DNA of 64,000 nt, from positions 51,523 through 115,522 of the forward strand of contig DAIQNR010000006.1 of assembly GCA_036788295.1 (NCBI GenBank), given 5' to 3'. This DNA comes from Myxococcota bacterium (GTDB taxonomy: Bacteria; Myxococcota; Kuafuiibacteriia; Kuafuiibacteriales; Kuafuiibacteriaceae). The notes under the pieces are model-generated. The model did no database searches. It was not told where the DNA came from and saw only the letters and a list, made by a program, of their open reading frames with translations. The position numbers and the translations under genes were made by a program. Below, one piece after another: positions 9,101 through 17,491 of the stretch (the stretch's first letter is position 1; the number at the start of each line of letters is the position of its first letter).

Positions 9101-10121
9101 GACGCTGGCCAACGGGCTGAACATGGCGGCCGAGATCATCTCGACTCCGGACCCGATCCGGATGTGCCGCTGGCCCGGGGTGAACCCGCCGACCTTCATC
9201 ACCGCCGACGCGCTGCGCTCGTGCGACAAGTACGCCGAGCTGGGCTCGCCGTACGCGCTTCGCAGCGAGATGATCGAGATCCCGCTCGGTCACGGTCGCC
9301 CGGCGTCGATCGGCCTGACCGAGGACTACGAGACCTGGCAGCTCAGCTTCGTCGGGTCCTACTTCGACAAGACGAACGTGATCTTCCTGCTCGGGATGTC
9401 GAACCCGAGGCTGTTCCGATTCAACTACGATCTCGATCTGAGGAACTACTTCATCAGCCTCTACCGGATCTTCGAGCCCGAGCTGCGCGAGTTCTACCAG
9501 TCGCTGTCGAACCTCGACGTCTGGCTGGGCCTGTTCCGGCAGTCGGTGGCCCAGGACTTCGGGTCGTATTGGTGCCGCGACCCGGCGGTCCCGAACCGGC
9601 CCGACCTCGGGTACTTCGAGCCGAGGCGGATGATCGACCCGGTGCTCAACACGTCGATGCCGGGCCCGACGCAAAACTGCTTGGAGCCGGCACTCATCTA
9701 CCCCCGTTTGCTGGCCAACACCCCGTTCAACGCGATGTTGAGCGCCCACGCGCTCTTCTCCTCCGACTTCGACTCCCAGCTCGACCTGGGGAAGGACATG
9801 AAGATCTTCATGCGGGGTACCGATGACGACTTCACGTCCTGGGCGAACTTCCCGAACTGCGAGGAGGCCGGTGCCAACGAGGACTGCTTCTGCTCGCTCG
9901 TCGATGAGCTGACCGGGGTGGAGTTCCGCTCCATCCAGATCGCGTCCTCCCCGACGCTCGACGGCACCGTCCGGACGAGCCCCGGCTGCAGGCTCATCGA
10001 GCAGGCCCAGCTGGCGCAGAACAACTGGCGGACAGGACCATTCGAAAAAGACAACTGGCGACAGTGGATCGAGCGTCTCGAGTACGCGCGCGACCTCTAC
10101 CGCCTCTTCCAGGACCGCTGA
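6165..10121 (+). CDS. Giant zinc metalloprotease lipoprotein, DUF4953-type metzincin (HELGHNVGLAHNF)
   Basis: 1318 aa from ATG 6165 (AAGGAGA RBS). Alternative ATG at 6195 gives MKAARVLALLGASATVTAGVASC, a lipoprotein signal. HExxHxxGxxHNF zinc-binding motif at VILHELGHNVGLAHNFEGSYD. Track ORF start 6030 is upstream of the RBS. Confidence 0.8.
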   Translation: MNEGRGVTVRMKAARVLALLGASATVTAGVASCVPRNQDINRVQPGFVRKAIFQTDHEWYYRRTVARSETTNQYIIEGHGDIALDRVKFDVQENLLLAYQPYENLPGTTLATLPGNTSYKGPVLAAWPITSHFDIIRNYDPLTGNLTNLIVENTVDRPWHEREFIRVDWHHNLVEGSIFADYSGYWFPVNYVSADTGFWRNLEESPTDPFASRFSDDYVEVNETVALGMDIFMCASMTGFSWAGFSNCGFGEAQLRHSFKRIDEPSDYIPREFPDSIVRKGADGQPMFDPETGEVVREHIYNRFGIFRITTPTYDPGYGLTESGRLFRAMLFDIWERHTDAQGTPLPFAARTEKPIVYYLNHDYPNRYRQVAREVADEYNRVFTSMVADLKGVEYDPETNNCGEGWPVQCMFEIRDNDCSEPNVIRYVNDNPDLLFAVERAVCRDGESCGVTLADLSSAIGVGNLDQVCTSLEAATVDPQTGKSDFDWQRVGDPRYNMLVYLNNPQRSPWGGYGPMHADSRTGRTVSATSFIRGHYYEIGAANVVDYIELINDEKSIDDIIYGQDIRRHVRDTLQRGGFLANMQASPGFLDRLGERISDRGVTRDELLPRVENTRHQMSRLDRIKGTKFEDTLITEADLLMASNGQWDPRLGPAPDDLKEHASPLGRLTFGNPASPQRRAAQAALGEAGYCFLAADFDPHWAGMALALRDADREERFRVASERLIKHVILHELGHNVGLAHNFEGSYDAMNYEPEFWDLEGRTAQEKLEGRQDELKQTTVMEYMPSGKGAFGDYLGKYDEAALRFAYGNQVEVFDGPDVDPNLRGGEALRAWRYLNDYRSIPDHLCGSNGCSTPAQRAAVVTQRRWVDFDPQNPPQNEVPYLFCDNYFNRMTPFCATFDFGANLREVFSNYYVMWSQYFFFNNFARDRISPISWNINSALTPAFLAMNFVDTVAQYFYFLNVTQGAEFRRTALHEDMATTLANGLNMAAEIISTPDPIRMCRWPGVNPPTFITADALRSCDKYAELGSPYALRSEMIEIPLGHGRPASIGLTEDYETWQLSFVGSYFDKTNVIFLLGMSNPRLFRFNYDLDLRNYFISLYRIFEPELREFYQSLSNLDVWLGLFRQSVAQDFGSYWCRDPAVPNRPDLGYFEPRRMIDPVLNTSMPGPTQNCLEPALIYPRLLANTPFNAMLSAHALFSSDFDSQLDLGKDMKIFMRGTDDDFTSWANFPNCEEAGANEDCFCSLVDELTGVEFRSIQIASSPTLDGTVRTSPGCRLIEQAQLAQNNWRTGPFEKDNWRQWIERLEYARDLYRLFQDR

Positions 10122-10144
10122 GAATGGGGAGGAGAGGACGAGAG

Positions 10145-13100
10145 ATGGATATCATGAAGAACATGAAGCTGGCCGCGGTCCTGGCCACCGCCGCTGCGGC
10201 CGTGGGCTGCATCGGGGAGCCGCGGACCATCGACCGAACGCAGCCCAACGCGCTCGACAAGTCGATGTTCGAGGGCATCTGGTACTACCGCGCCGCGGTG
10301 GTGGAGTCCGACCCGGAAGCGGGCGTCATCGAGGGCATCACCTCGAACATGGACAAGCTGCGGTGGCGCATCGAGCGCGACCGGCTGGTGGGGTACCGAA
10401 GCTACGAGTTCGTCCCCTACGCCGAGGGATTGAGCGACGAGGGCGGGGACTTCTTCGGCTCGCCCTCGGTCGCGTACCGGATCACGAGCCACTTCGACAT
10501 CCAGCGTGACTACAACACGACGACCGGGGTCGAGACGAACGTCATCGTCGAGAACACGACCGACCGGCCCTGGTACCAGCGCCAGTACATGAGGGTGGAC
10601 TGGTCGCAGAACCTAGTCGGGCGGCCGACGCGGATCGGGTGGGCGAACTACCCGGACGCCTTCTTCTCTGCGTCGGCGATCACCGGCTATTTCGAGCAAG
10701 GGCACGTCGATACCGACGTCAACCGGCCGTTCATCACCCAGGACTACTTCGACGTCACCAACAACTTCAACGTCGCGCCGAACCCGTTCTACTGCAACAT
10801 GATGTTGCTCTTCAACTCCGTGCCCCGCTGCGGCGCGGCGAACGTGAAGGTCCGGCTCTCCTTCCGCAAGGTGGACACCGACGCGAAGTACGACGCTCTC
10901 TACTACCCCGACAACCTCGAGCTCAGGGACGACGAGGGCAACGCCATCGTCCTCAACAACGACGGACGGACCTGCGGACCGAACTGGAACCCATCGCAGT
11001 GCACGGTCCAGACCGTGGGGATGGACTCCCGGTTCGGCAACTTCCGGATCATGCGGGTCGCGTTCGACAAGGAGCGCAACTTCACCCGAACCGGGCGCAT
11101 CTTCCTCGCCGGCCGGTTCAACATCTGGGAGGACGCGTTCGACGAGAACGGCTCCCTCATCCCGTACGAAGCGCGGGTGCCGCGTCCCATCATCTACTAC
11201 AACAACGTGAAGCATCCGGAGGATCTGTTGGACGCGGCGCAGGAGATGGCGTCGTCTTGGACCGAGCCGTTCGACGAGACGGTGGCCTGGCTCAAGGGGT
11301 ACCGCACGGCCGATGGCCGGCCCGACGTGGAGGCGCTGAGGCAGCGGGACCTCGCCGACAACGGGGGCGCGATGTTCCAGGTCCGCCGAAACGCGTGCAA
11401 CCCGGAGGCGATCGTCGCCTATGCCAACGAAAACGGCCTGGGCTCGGTGGTGCAGCGCGTCGCCGGCTCCCCGGAGCTGGTCACGGTCGGGAACGTCGAG
11501 CAGGTCTGCGCGGCGGTTCAATTCGAAGAGATCCGGCAGGGCAAGACGGTCGATCCCAAGGTGGCGGCACGGGGGCAACAGGCGCTGGCGTTCACCTGGC
11601 AGCGCAAGGGCGACCTTCGGTACAACATCAACAACTACATCAACCAGCTGCAGAACGGCCCCTGGGGCGTGGCCCAGTTCGGACAGGATCCCGAGACCGG
11701 GGAGTTCGTCGCCAACATCGCGAACTACTTCGGCGACGCCGGTGACCGGATCTCGCAGCGGGGCGTGGACCAGTTGCAGTGGCTGAACGGGGATCTCTCG
11801 CAGGAGGAGCTGTTCCGCGGCGACTTCACCCGCAACGAGGTCGTGTCGCGCCGCTCGCTCGAGAACTCGAACATCCGGCTCGGGACCCTGCAGCGGTGGA
11901 TGACTCGCGAAGGGGAGATCCTCGACTCCCTCGGAGGAAACATCGCCCGGGAGTCGACCAGCGGCTCCGACGATGACCGCTTCGCTCGGATGTGGCGCGG
12001 GACCTCGATCGAGCGGGACTTCCTGGTGACCGACGACATCCTGCGCGGGTTTGCCGGTCCCACGCTGTACCAGCCGTTCGACAGCGGCGGCGGGGCTCGT
12101 GGCTCCGTTTCGTCTGGGGTGAGCGGCGTCTCGCCGGGCATGATGAGCGAGGAGGCGCTCGCCGCCGCCTCGCCGGTGAACTGGGGGATGACGCCAGAGA
12201 CCAACCCCTACAACCAGGCCGCCTTCGAGCTCGGCAGCCGTGGATGGGACATGGCCGACTTCTTCGACCCGAACATGGCTGGCTTGGCCCGGTTCGTTCA
12301 GGGCTGGGAGCGGGATCGCATTTGGCAGCACATGCGGCGCGGGCTCTACATCGCCGTCCAGGCCCACGAGGTGGGCCACACCGTGGGTCTTCGCCACAAC
12401 TTCCAGGGCTCGGTGGACGGGCTCAACTTCCGCCCAGAGTTCTGGGAGTCGACCGTGGAGATGGGTGAGGATGGCCAGGAGCGACAGATCGGCTTCTGGA
12501 ACAACCCACCGTCCAAGGACAACCCAAACCGCGGACCCGAGTACAAGTACTCCTCCATCATGGACTACGGCTTCGATCTGTCCCAGCAGGGCTGGCACGG
12601 GCTCGGGTCCTACGACAAGGCGGCGATTCGCTTCCAGTACGGGCAGTTGCTCGAGTTCTGGGACCCATCCAAGATCTCGATTCCCAACCCCCGCAAGTAC
12701 GGGAGCTTCGCGCGCCGCTGTGGCCAGGACAACGACTTCTACGGCTTCCGCGGGCTGATGTTCTGGAACCTGCCCGACCAGATCCCGAGCATCCTGTCGA
12801 GCACCCCGGTGGATCAGACCTCTTGCCTTGGGAACTACGACACGAACCAGTCGTGCGACTCGGAGATGGACGCACTGTTCCGGGAGTTGGTGGTGCGGAT
12901 GGAAGCCAACGCGGTTTCGGTCAACGACCCGTCGCGGTGCACCTTGTTCATCACCGACGTGAATGAGCTCCTCGATTCCGTTCAGGAGCAGGCGCCGGAC
13001 GCGTCGAGGGTCTACGGCGCGCGAATGCTCGGGTCGTTCTCGGATTACCTCGAGCAGCAGGTGGAGGTCCTGACGAACTTCCCGGACTACACCAACCGGG

Positions 13101-14689
13101 CGATCGGGGTGTCGACCCCGGAGCGAGCCGGATCGAAGGGCGGGATCTTCCGGGACAAGCCTCTGCTGGACGCGAACGGGCAGGTGGTGCGGGATGAGCT
13201 CGGCAACGCGCGGTGCGAAGTGCAGGTTCAGCGCGACGCGAACGGCAACCCCGAGCTCGACGGCAACGGCAACCCGATCGAGGTAAGGGACGCGTCCGGC
13301 AACCCGGTCTGCGCCCGCATCACGACCTGGGAGGGTGTGCTCCACCCGGTGCCGTACGAGTACTGCTCGGACCTGTACGCGAACTTCTCGAACCCGTTCT
13401 GCCAGCGGTGGGACACCGGTTGGACGTTCACGGAGGCGGTTCAGAGCCACGCCGACAAGTTCGACCGCGACTACGTGTTCAACAACTTCCGGCGGGATTC
13501 GATGTCTCCCTGGGGCAACGCTGGCGCCTACATGCAGCGGCTCATGGCCCGGACGATGTTCCACATGACGAACGTCTACCGGTACTATCTGTTCACTCGG
13601 GGCTCGGCCTTCCAGGCTCCGAGGTACCTCGACTGGGCGGAGGCGTCGTACCGCGGCCTGAACTTCCTGGAGCGGGTCATTCAGACTCCGGAGCCAGGGA
13701 CGCACTGCCTGGGGGCGGACAACGTATACCGGCTTCAGCTCGACCCGAACCAGACCTGCGAGTCGCCGTACACCGTGGGCCTAGGGCCGGCGGCCGGTCG
13801 CTTCCTCGACAGCTCCTGGACACAGGAGTACCACTACAAGGCCAACCGAATCGGTGACTTCTACACGAAGGTGGCGGCGGTCGCGCAGCTCACGTCGTCG
13901 TCCGGGCGCTTCGTCCGGGACTTCGCCGACGTGTTCGACCGACGGGCGTTCTCGCTCGGGTACCTCCGGGTGTTCCAGGATCCGCTCCTGCAGCGGTTCT
14001 CGGCCCTGATCTCCGGGGATCACACGGGGTACCGGAGCCGGGTGGTGGAGGACGAGACCGGCAGCGGTCGCTACGTTCGGTACACGCCGTTCTTCGACGA
14101 GGCCTTCGACGATGGCCGCTCGGTGCGCCAGTGGCTCGAGCGGGACGCGGATCGGGACGGGGTCGCCGACTTCCCGGAGATCGAGCCGGCGTGGTCGTGG
14201 AGCCTTCAGTACTTCTCCATGGCCTACGCTCTGGCGAACTGGAGCTCGATCAACGACAGCGCCCCCGAGTACTTCCGGATGGCGATGATCGCCATCGAAG
14301 GGACCCCATGGGACCCGATCTACCCCGAAGGAATGACGATTCAGACGTTCACCGACCCGGAGACGCAGATCACCTACCGGGCTCCGGTGATCAGGCCGAT
14401 CTCGGAGGGCAGCATTCTCGATCGGGAGTTCCGGGACTACTACGGGGACGCGACGATGCTGACCGAGGGTCGGTTCCGGTTCTGGGGGCCTGGGGCGGAG
14501 ATTCTGGCCGAGGCGGACAACTTCGTTCGGCTCGAGTACGAGCCGGCGCGGCAGGCATGCGAGAGCACGGGCGACGCCGCTTCGTGCGCTCGGTTCCGGC
14601 GAGCCCGAGCCGGGCTGAACGAGCGGACCGGGTTCATCGACCGGGTTCGAAAGTTCGTCCAGCGGGCGCAGATGACCGTCGAGCTGTGA
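10145..14689 (+). CDS. Giant zinc metalloprotease lipoprotein, paralog of the preceding gene (HEVGHTVGLRHNF)
   Basis: 1514 aa from ATG 10145 (GGGAGGAGAGG RBS). MDIMKNMKLAAVLATAAAAVGC signal/lipobox. Motif AVQAHEVGHTVGLRHNFQGS matches the DUF4953 Met-zincin signature. Colinear similarity to the upstream paralog (WYYR..., HFDIQRDYN..., NVIVENTTDRPW...). Confidence 0.8.
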   Translation: MDIMKNMKLAAVLATAAAAVGCIGEPRTIDRTQPNALDKSMFEGIWYYRAAVVESDPEAGVIEGITSNMDKLRWRIERDRLVGYRSYEFVPYAEGLSDEGGDFFGSPSVAYRITSHFDIQRDYNTTTGVETNVIVENTTDRPWYQRQYMRVDWSQNLVGRPTRIGWANYPDAFFSASAITGYFEQGHVDTDVNRPFITQDYFDVTNNFNVAPNPFYCNMMLLFNSVPRCGAANVKVRLSFRKVDTDAKYDALYYPDNLELRDDEGNAIVLNNDGRTCGPNWNPSQCTVQTVGMDSRFGNFRIMRVAFDKERNFTRTGRIFLAGRFNIWEDAFDENGSLIPYEARVPRPIIYYNNVKHPEDLLDAAQEMASSWTEPFDETVAWLKGYRTADGRPDVEALRQRDLADNGGAMFQVRRNACNPEAIVAYANENGLGSVVQRVAGSPELVTVGNVEQVCAAVQFEEIRQGKTVDPKVAARGQQALAFTWQRKGDLRYNINNYINQLQNGPWGVAQFGQDPETGEFVANIANYFGDAGDRISQRGVDQLQWLNGDLSQEELFRGDFTRNEVVSRRSLENSNIRLGTLQRWMTREGEILDSLGGNIARESTSGSDDDRFARMWRGTSIERDFLVTDDILRGFAGPTLYQPFDSGGGARGSVSSGVSGVSPGMMSEEALAAASPVNWGMTPETNPYNQAAFELGSRGWDMADFFDPNMAGLARFVQGWERDRIWQHMRRGLYIAVQAHEVGHTVGLRHNFQGSVDGLNFRPEFWESTVEMGEDGQERQIGFWNNPPSKDNPNRGPEYKYSSIMDYGFDLSQQGWHGLGSYDKAAIRFQYGQLLEFWDPSKISIPNPRKYGSFARRCGQDNDFYGFRGLMFWNLPDQIPSILSSTPVDQTSCLGNYDTNQSCDSEMDALFRELVVRMEANAVSVNDPSRCTLFITDVNELLDSVQEQAPDASRVYGARMLGSFSDYLEQQVEVLTNFPDYTNRAIGVSTPERAGSKGGIFRDKPLLDANGQVVRDELGNARCEVQVQRDANGNPELDGNGNPIEVRDASGNPVCARITTWEGVLHPVPYEYCSDLYANFSNPFCQRWDTGWTFTEAVQSHADKFDRDYVFNNFRRDSMSPWGNAGAYMQRLMARTMFHMTNVYRYYLFTRGSAFQAPRYLDWAEASYRGLNFLERVIQTPEPGTHCLGADNVYRLQLDPNQTCESPYTVGLGPAAGRFLDSSWTQEYHYKANRIGDFYTKVAAVAQLTSSSGRFVRDFADVFDRRAFSLGYLRVFQDPLLQRFSALISGDHTGYRSRVVEDETGSGRYVRYTPFFDEAFDDGRSVRQWLERDADRDGVADFPEIEPAWSWSLQYFSMAYALANWSSINDSAPEYFRMAMIAIEGTPWDPIYPEGMTIQTFTDPETQITYRAPVIRPISEGSILDREFRDYYGDATMLTEGRFRFWGPGAEILAEADNFVRLEYEPARQACESTGDAASCARFRRARAGLNERTGFIDRVRKFVQRAQMTVEL

Positions 14690-14696
14690 TGTAGGT

Positions 14697-14717
14697 CCCC
14701 GGGCTTCGGTCCCGGGG
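14697..14717 (+). terminator. GC-rich hairpin (CCCCGGG-cttcggt-CCCGGGG) 8 nt after the metzincin stop
   Basis: Perfect 7-bp stem with 7-nt loop starting 8 nt after TGA 14687-14689. No U-tract, which is common in high-GC genomes. Confidence 0.4.
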
Positions 14718-14741
14718 GCCCAATACCTTCTACAGAGGGGG

Positions 14742-14844
14742 GTGCTCTGAACGCCGAACCCGGCGGTCGGGGCGCCCCCGGTCCGTTTTCAGGGCGTGCT
14801 CTGAACGCCGGACTCGGCGGAACGCCCCTTCGCCGTTTTCAGGG
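14742..14844. repeat. Two tandem about 50-bp imperfect direct repeats, each an imperfect palindrome (gtgctctgaacgccg...cgttttcaggg)
   Basis: Unit 1 at 14742-14794, unit 2 at 14796-14844. Each begins CTCTGAACGCCG and ends CGTTTTCAGGG, which are inverted complements of each other. Sits between convergent genes; unit 2 overlaps the last 2 codons of the methyltransferase gene. Confidence 0.6.
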
Positions 14845-15834
14845 TTCGGCGCGCCAGCGAAGAATCAGGGTGTCGAGATAGTCGCCCCGGTCCAGTTGGT
14901 TGGGTCGATTGGCGACCGGGTGGTCCCAGCTCGGTAGGCCGAGTCGCTCCAAAACCTCGATTCGACCTCCCGTTTGCGCCGCGCCCCGTTCCGCGGCGAC
15001 GAGCAGCCGGTCCGCGTCGACCTCCAGATGGTGGCTCGACACGACCAGCACCCCGGTGCGGTCGAGCTGGTCGATCGCCCCCCGGAGCATCTCGTCGAGG
15101 TCGCGGTCGAGGGAGAAGGGGCGTCGTCCGTGGCCGAACGCGGGGGGATCCAGGACGACGAGGCCGTAGCTTCGTCGAGGACGCTTGAGGTGGTCGAGGG
15201 CGTCGTCCGGGAACCACCGGTGTTGGTTCGGGTCGAGGCCGCTGTGGGCCATGTTCCTGCGCCCCCAGTCGAGCGCTCGCTGGGAGATGTCGACGCTCGT
15301 GACCCGGGTCGCGCCAGCGAGGGCGGCCTGCACCGAGAAGCTGCCGGTGTAGCAGAACAGGTTGAGGACCTCGACGCCTCGGGCGTGCACGCGGGCTCGC
15401 CACCGGGTCTGGCGATGGTCGAGGAACAAGCCGGTCTGGACGCCGTCGTCGAGGCGGCATTCGAAGGCCGCGTCTCCTTCCCGGACCATCACGAGCGGCG
15501 GCCTTCGCTCGCCGAGGACCTCGGATCGGGATTGCCGGGGGTCTTCGGCGAGCACCTTCAGCACCACGCCGTCGGGGTCGAGGGCCTCTTTGGCCGCTTC
15601 GGCCCAGCTCCTCGCCACCTCGGATGGCACCGTCGTCCTTGCGGCCAGGACCAGCCACCGCCCGTAGCGATCGAGGGTGAGACCGGGTGGGGCCCCGTCG
15701 CCGGGGCCGTTGAGGATTCGGTACGCGTTGGTCCGCGGCTCGCAAAGGGCTTGGTCACGACGATCCTGCGCAGCCAAAATCAGGTTCGGTGACGGATCCG
15801 GTCCCCTCCCGGTCGCTGGCGGCATGTTTTCCAT
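14839..15834 (-). CDS. rlmI: Class I SAM-dependent rRNA (cytosine-C5) methyltransferase, RlmI/RlmK (YccW) family
   Basis: 331 aa. VLNLFCYTGSFSVQAALAGATRVTSVDIS... and LVVLDPPAFG motifs of the RlmI-type 23S rRNA m5C methyltransferase. N-terminal PUA-like region. Confidence 0.7.
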   Translation of the reverse strand: MENMPPATGRGPDPSPNLILAAQDRRDQALCEPRTNAYRILNGPGDGAPPGLTLDRYGRWLVLAARTTVPSEVARSWAEAAKEALDPDGVVLKVLAEDPRQSRSEVLGERRPPLVMVREGDAAFECRLDDGVQTGLFLDHRQTRWRARVHARGVEVLNLFCYTGSFSVQAALAGATRVTSVDISQRALDWGRRNMAHSGLDPNQHRWFPDDALDHLKRPRRSYGLVVLDPPAFGHGRRPFSLDRDLDEMLRGAIDQLDRTGVLVVSSHHLEVDADRLLVAAERGAAQTGGRIEVLERLGLPSWDHPVANRPNQLDRGDYLDTLILRWRAEP

Positions 15835-15938
15835 TTCCCCCCGGTTCCCTTCGAGCTTAGCCGAGGATTACGCTCATCGCAGCCTTGGCTCGGTCGAATG
15901 CGACGGATCGGGGCCGGGGGCCCCAGGGAGGTAGCCCG

Positions 15939-16634
15939 ATGGTGCGAATGGTCCAGTGGGTGGCCCTGGCCGGGTTGGCAGCGAGCTGTGGAGGCGAAGC
16001 GGGCGACTTCGGGGGCACCGTGGAGCCGGTGCAGGTCTGGGCGGAGCCGTCTGGACGTCGCTTCGACGAGGGGCTCGAGGTGAAGCTGCGGTCCGCGGGA
16101 GCGGTCGAGATCTACTTCACCCGAGACGGCAGCTCTCCCACTCGTGAGGACGCCTCCGAGTACACCGGACCGATCTGGCTCGAGCAGAGCTCGCTGTTGA
16201 CCTTTGTCGCCGTGGGGCCGGACGGCCGCACCAGCGCGCTGTCCACCGAGCTCTACCAGCGAAACCCGGTCCGTACCCCATATCGGCCCCCAGCTCGGGG
16301 CCTCGAGGTGTCCACCGACGTGCTGTTCTTTCTCGCCGACCCGGAAGAGACGGAGCTCGAGCAGACCATTCATGTGCGATCGGTGGGGCTCGACCCGGTG
16401 GGGATTCACGGGATCACGATCGTGCCCCGCGGCGCCTACTTCGAGCCGGGGGTCTTCACCGTTTCGCCAGCGGAGCCGACCCGGCTTGCTCCCGGTGATC
16501 GGCTCGAGCTCGTCGTGCGGTATCGGACGACCCCGATGCTGCGAACGGCGGCGCTCGTACTCGACAGCGACGACGAGCGGGCGCTCGACGGCCGCTGGGA
16601 GATCAGCTTGGGGGGCCGCATCGGGTTCTGGTGA
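15939..16634 (+). CDS. Lipoprotein with chitobiase/beta-hexosaminidase C-terminal-like (CHB_HEX_C) domain
   Basis: ATG 15939, GGGAGG RBS 7 nt upstream. MVRMVQWVALAGLAASCGG lipobox. Signature EIYFTRDGSSPTREDASEYTGPIWL of the CHB_HEX_C_1 fold. Confidence 0.6.
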   Translation: MVRMVQWVALAGLAASCGGEAGDFGGTVEPVQVWAEPSGRRFDEGLEVKLRSAGAVEIYFTRDGSSPTREDASEYTGPIWLEQSSLLTFVAVGPDGRTSALSTELYQRNPVRTPYRPPARGLEVSTDVLFFLADPEETELEQTIHVRSVGLDPVGIHGITIVPRGAYFEPGVFTVSPAEPTRLAPGDRLELVVRYRTTPMLRTAALVLDSDDERALDGRWEISLGGRIGFW

Positions 16635-16681
16635 GCTTGCCGCTTGTCCCGGGGCGGCTCGGCGGATACTGACCCACCTCC

Positions 16682-17290
16682 GTGGTGCAGCAGGCGGCCC
16701 TGGAGCGGCAAGCGCTCGAGCAGCTTCGTCGCGGCGATCTGCGCGCGGCCCACGGGACGCTCCGTCTGTTGTCGAAGCTCCGGCCCGGGGATCCTCGGGT
16801 CGCGCGGCGGCTCGAGCAGATCGAAGCGCTGCTCGAGCGCCGGGAAGAGGCGCGCGAGCGGATGCGCAAAGAGCCGCTGCGTTACGCGCATGCCTACATC
16901 AAAGCGGGGCGACTGACCGAGGGGCTGAGGCTGCTTAGGGCCGCGCTCGCCCAGGATCCGGACAACCGAAGGCTGAGGGAGCTGGCGCTGCAGGTCGCTC
17001 GTCGGCTCTCCGATGTGCCGTCGCCCGCTCCCCACGGGCCGGCCGACGCTCCCGTCTCGGCGGTCGCGCCGCCGCCCGAGCCGGCCGAAGTCGATGACGG
17101 TCCGATCGAGCACGAGCCGGGCGGACAGCTCCGGGCTTCCGCAGGAGTGCCGTCTCCGTCGCCCGACCCCTCGGTGCCCAGCGAGGCCGAGGCTCGGGTT
17201 CTCACCCTTCGGGACTGGCTCGCGAGGGTGCAGGCCCATCGCCGGCGTCCATCTCGGTGGTGGTCACAAGCGCAAACGGAAAGGGGGTGA
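16682..17290 (+). CDS. Hypothetical protein, TPR-like N-terminus plus Pro-rich linker (GTG start)
   Basis: 202 aa. Helical repeat-like N-terminal 110 aa, then a P/S/A-rich segment. Its stop overlaps the RBS of the following small ORF. Confidence 0.4.
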   Translation: MVQQAALERQALEQLRRGDLRAAHGTLRLLSKLRPGDPRVARRLEQIEALLERREEARERMRKEPLRYAHAYIKAGRLTEGLRLLRAALAQDPDNRRLRELALQVARRLSDVPSPAPHGPADAPVSAVAPPPEPAEVDDGPIEHEPGGQLRASAGVPSPSPDPSVPSEAEARVLTLRDWLARVQAHRRRPSRWWSQAQTERG

Positions 17291-17295
17291 AAGTC

Positions 17296-17403
17296 ATGGC
17301 ATCAAAGAGCAAGCACAAGCGCATGAAGATGAAGCGGGCCATCCAGTACCGCAAGCGAATGAAGGCGAAGCGCAAGGCCCGCAGCGAGGCGCGCGCCTCC
17401 TGA
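17296..17403 (+). CDS. Candidate small, highly basic protein (35 aa, MASKSKHKRMKMKRAIQYRKRMKAKRKARSEARAS)
   Basis: Not in the ORF track (<60 aa). ATG at 17296 is preceded by AAGGGGGTGA, a strong RBS with 5-nt spacing. 20 of 35 residues are K/R. Followed by a hairpin. Confidence 0.45.
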   Translation: MASKSKHKRMKMKRAIQYRKRMKAKRKARSEARAS

Positions 17404-17415
17404 ACCCGGCACCCC

Positions 17416-17446
17416 CGGCTCGGACGGCCTCGGAGGAGCCGAGCCG
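17416..17446 (+). terminator. Hairpin cggctcgg-N15-ccgagccg after the small ORF, between convergent genes
   Basis: 8-bp perfect stem beginning 13 nt after TGA 17401-17403. Convergent with pcnB (ends 17492). Confidence 0.35.
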
Positions 17447-17491
17447 TCCTCCACCGGGTCGACCGTTGGCTGAGCGGCGTGACCTCGTGGT

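Noticed and set aside
6222-9749. 1175-aa minus-strand ORF (and similarly 10613..13705, 1030 aa) antisense to the metzincin genes
   Set aside because: Arg/Gly/Pro/Val-rich, low-complexity translation that fully overlaps well-supported plus-strand genes. This is the typical high-GC antisense open frame.
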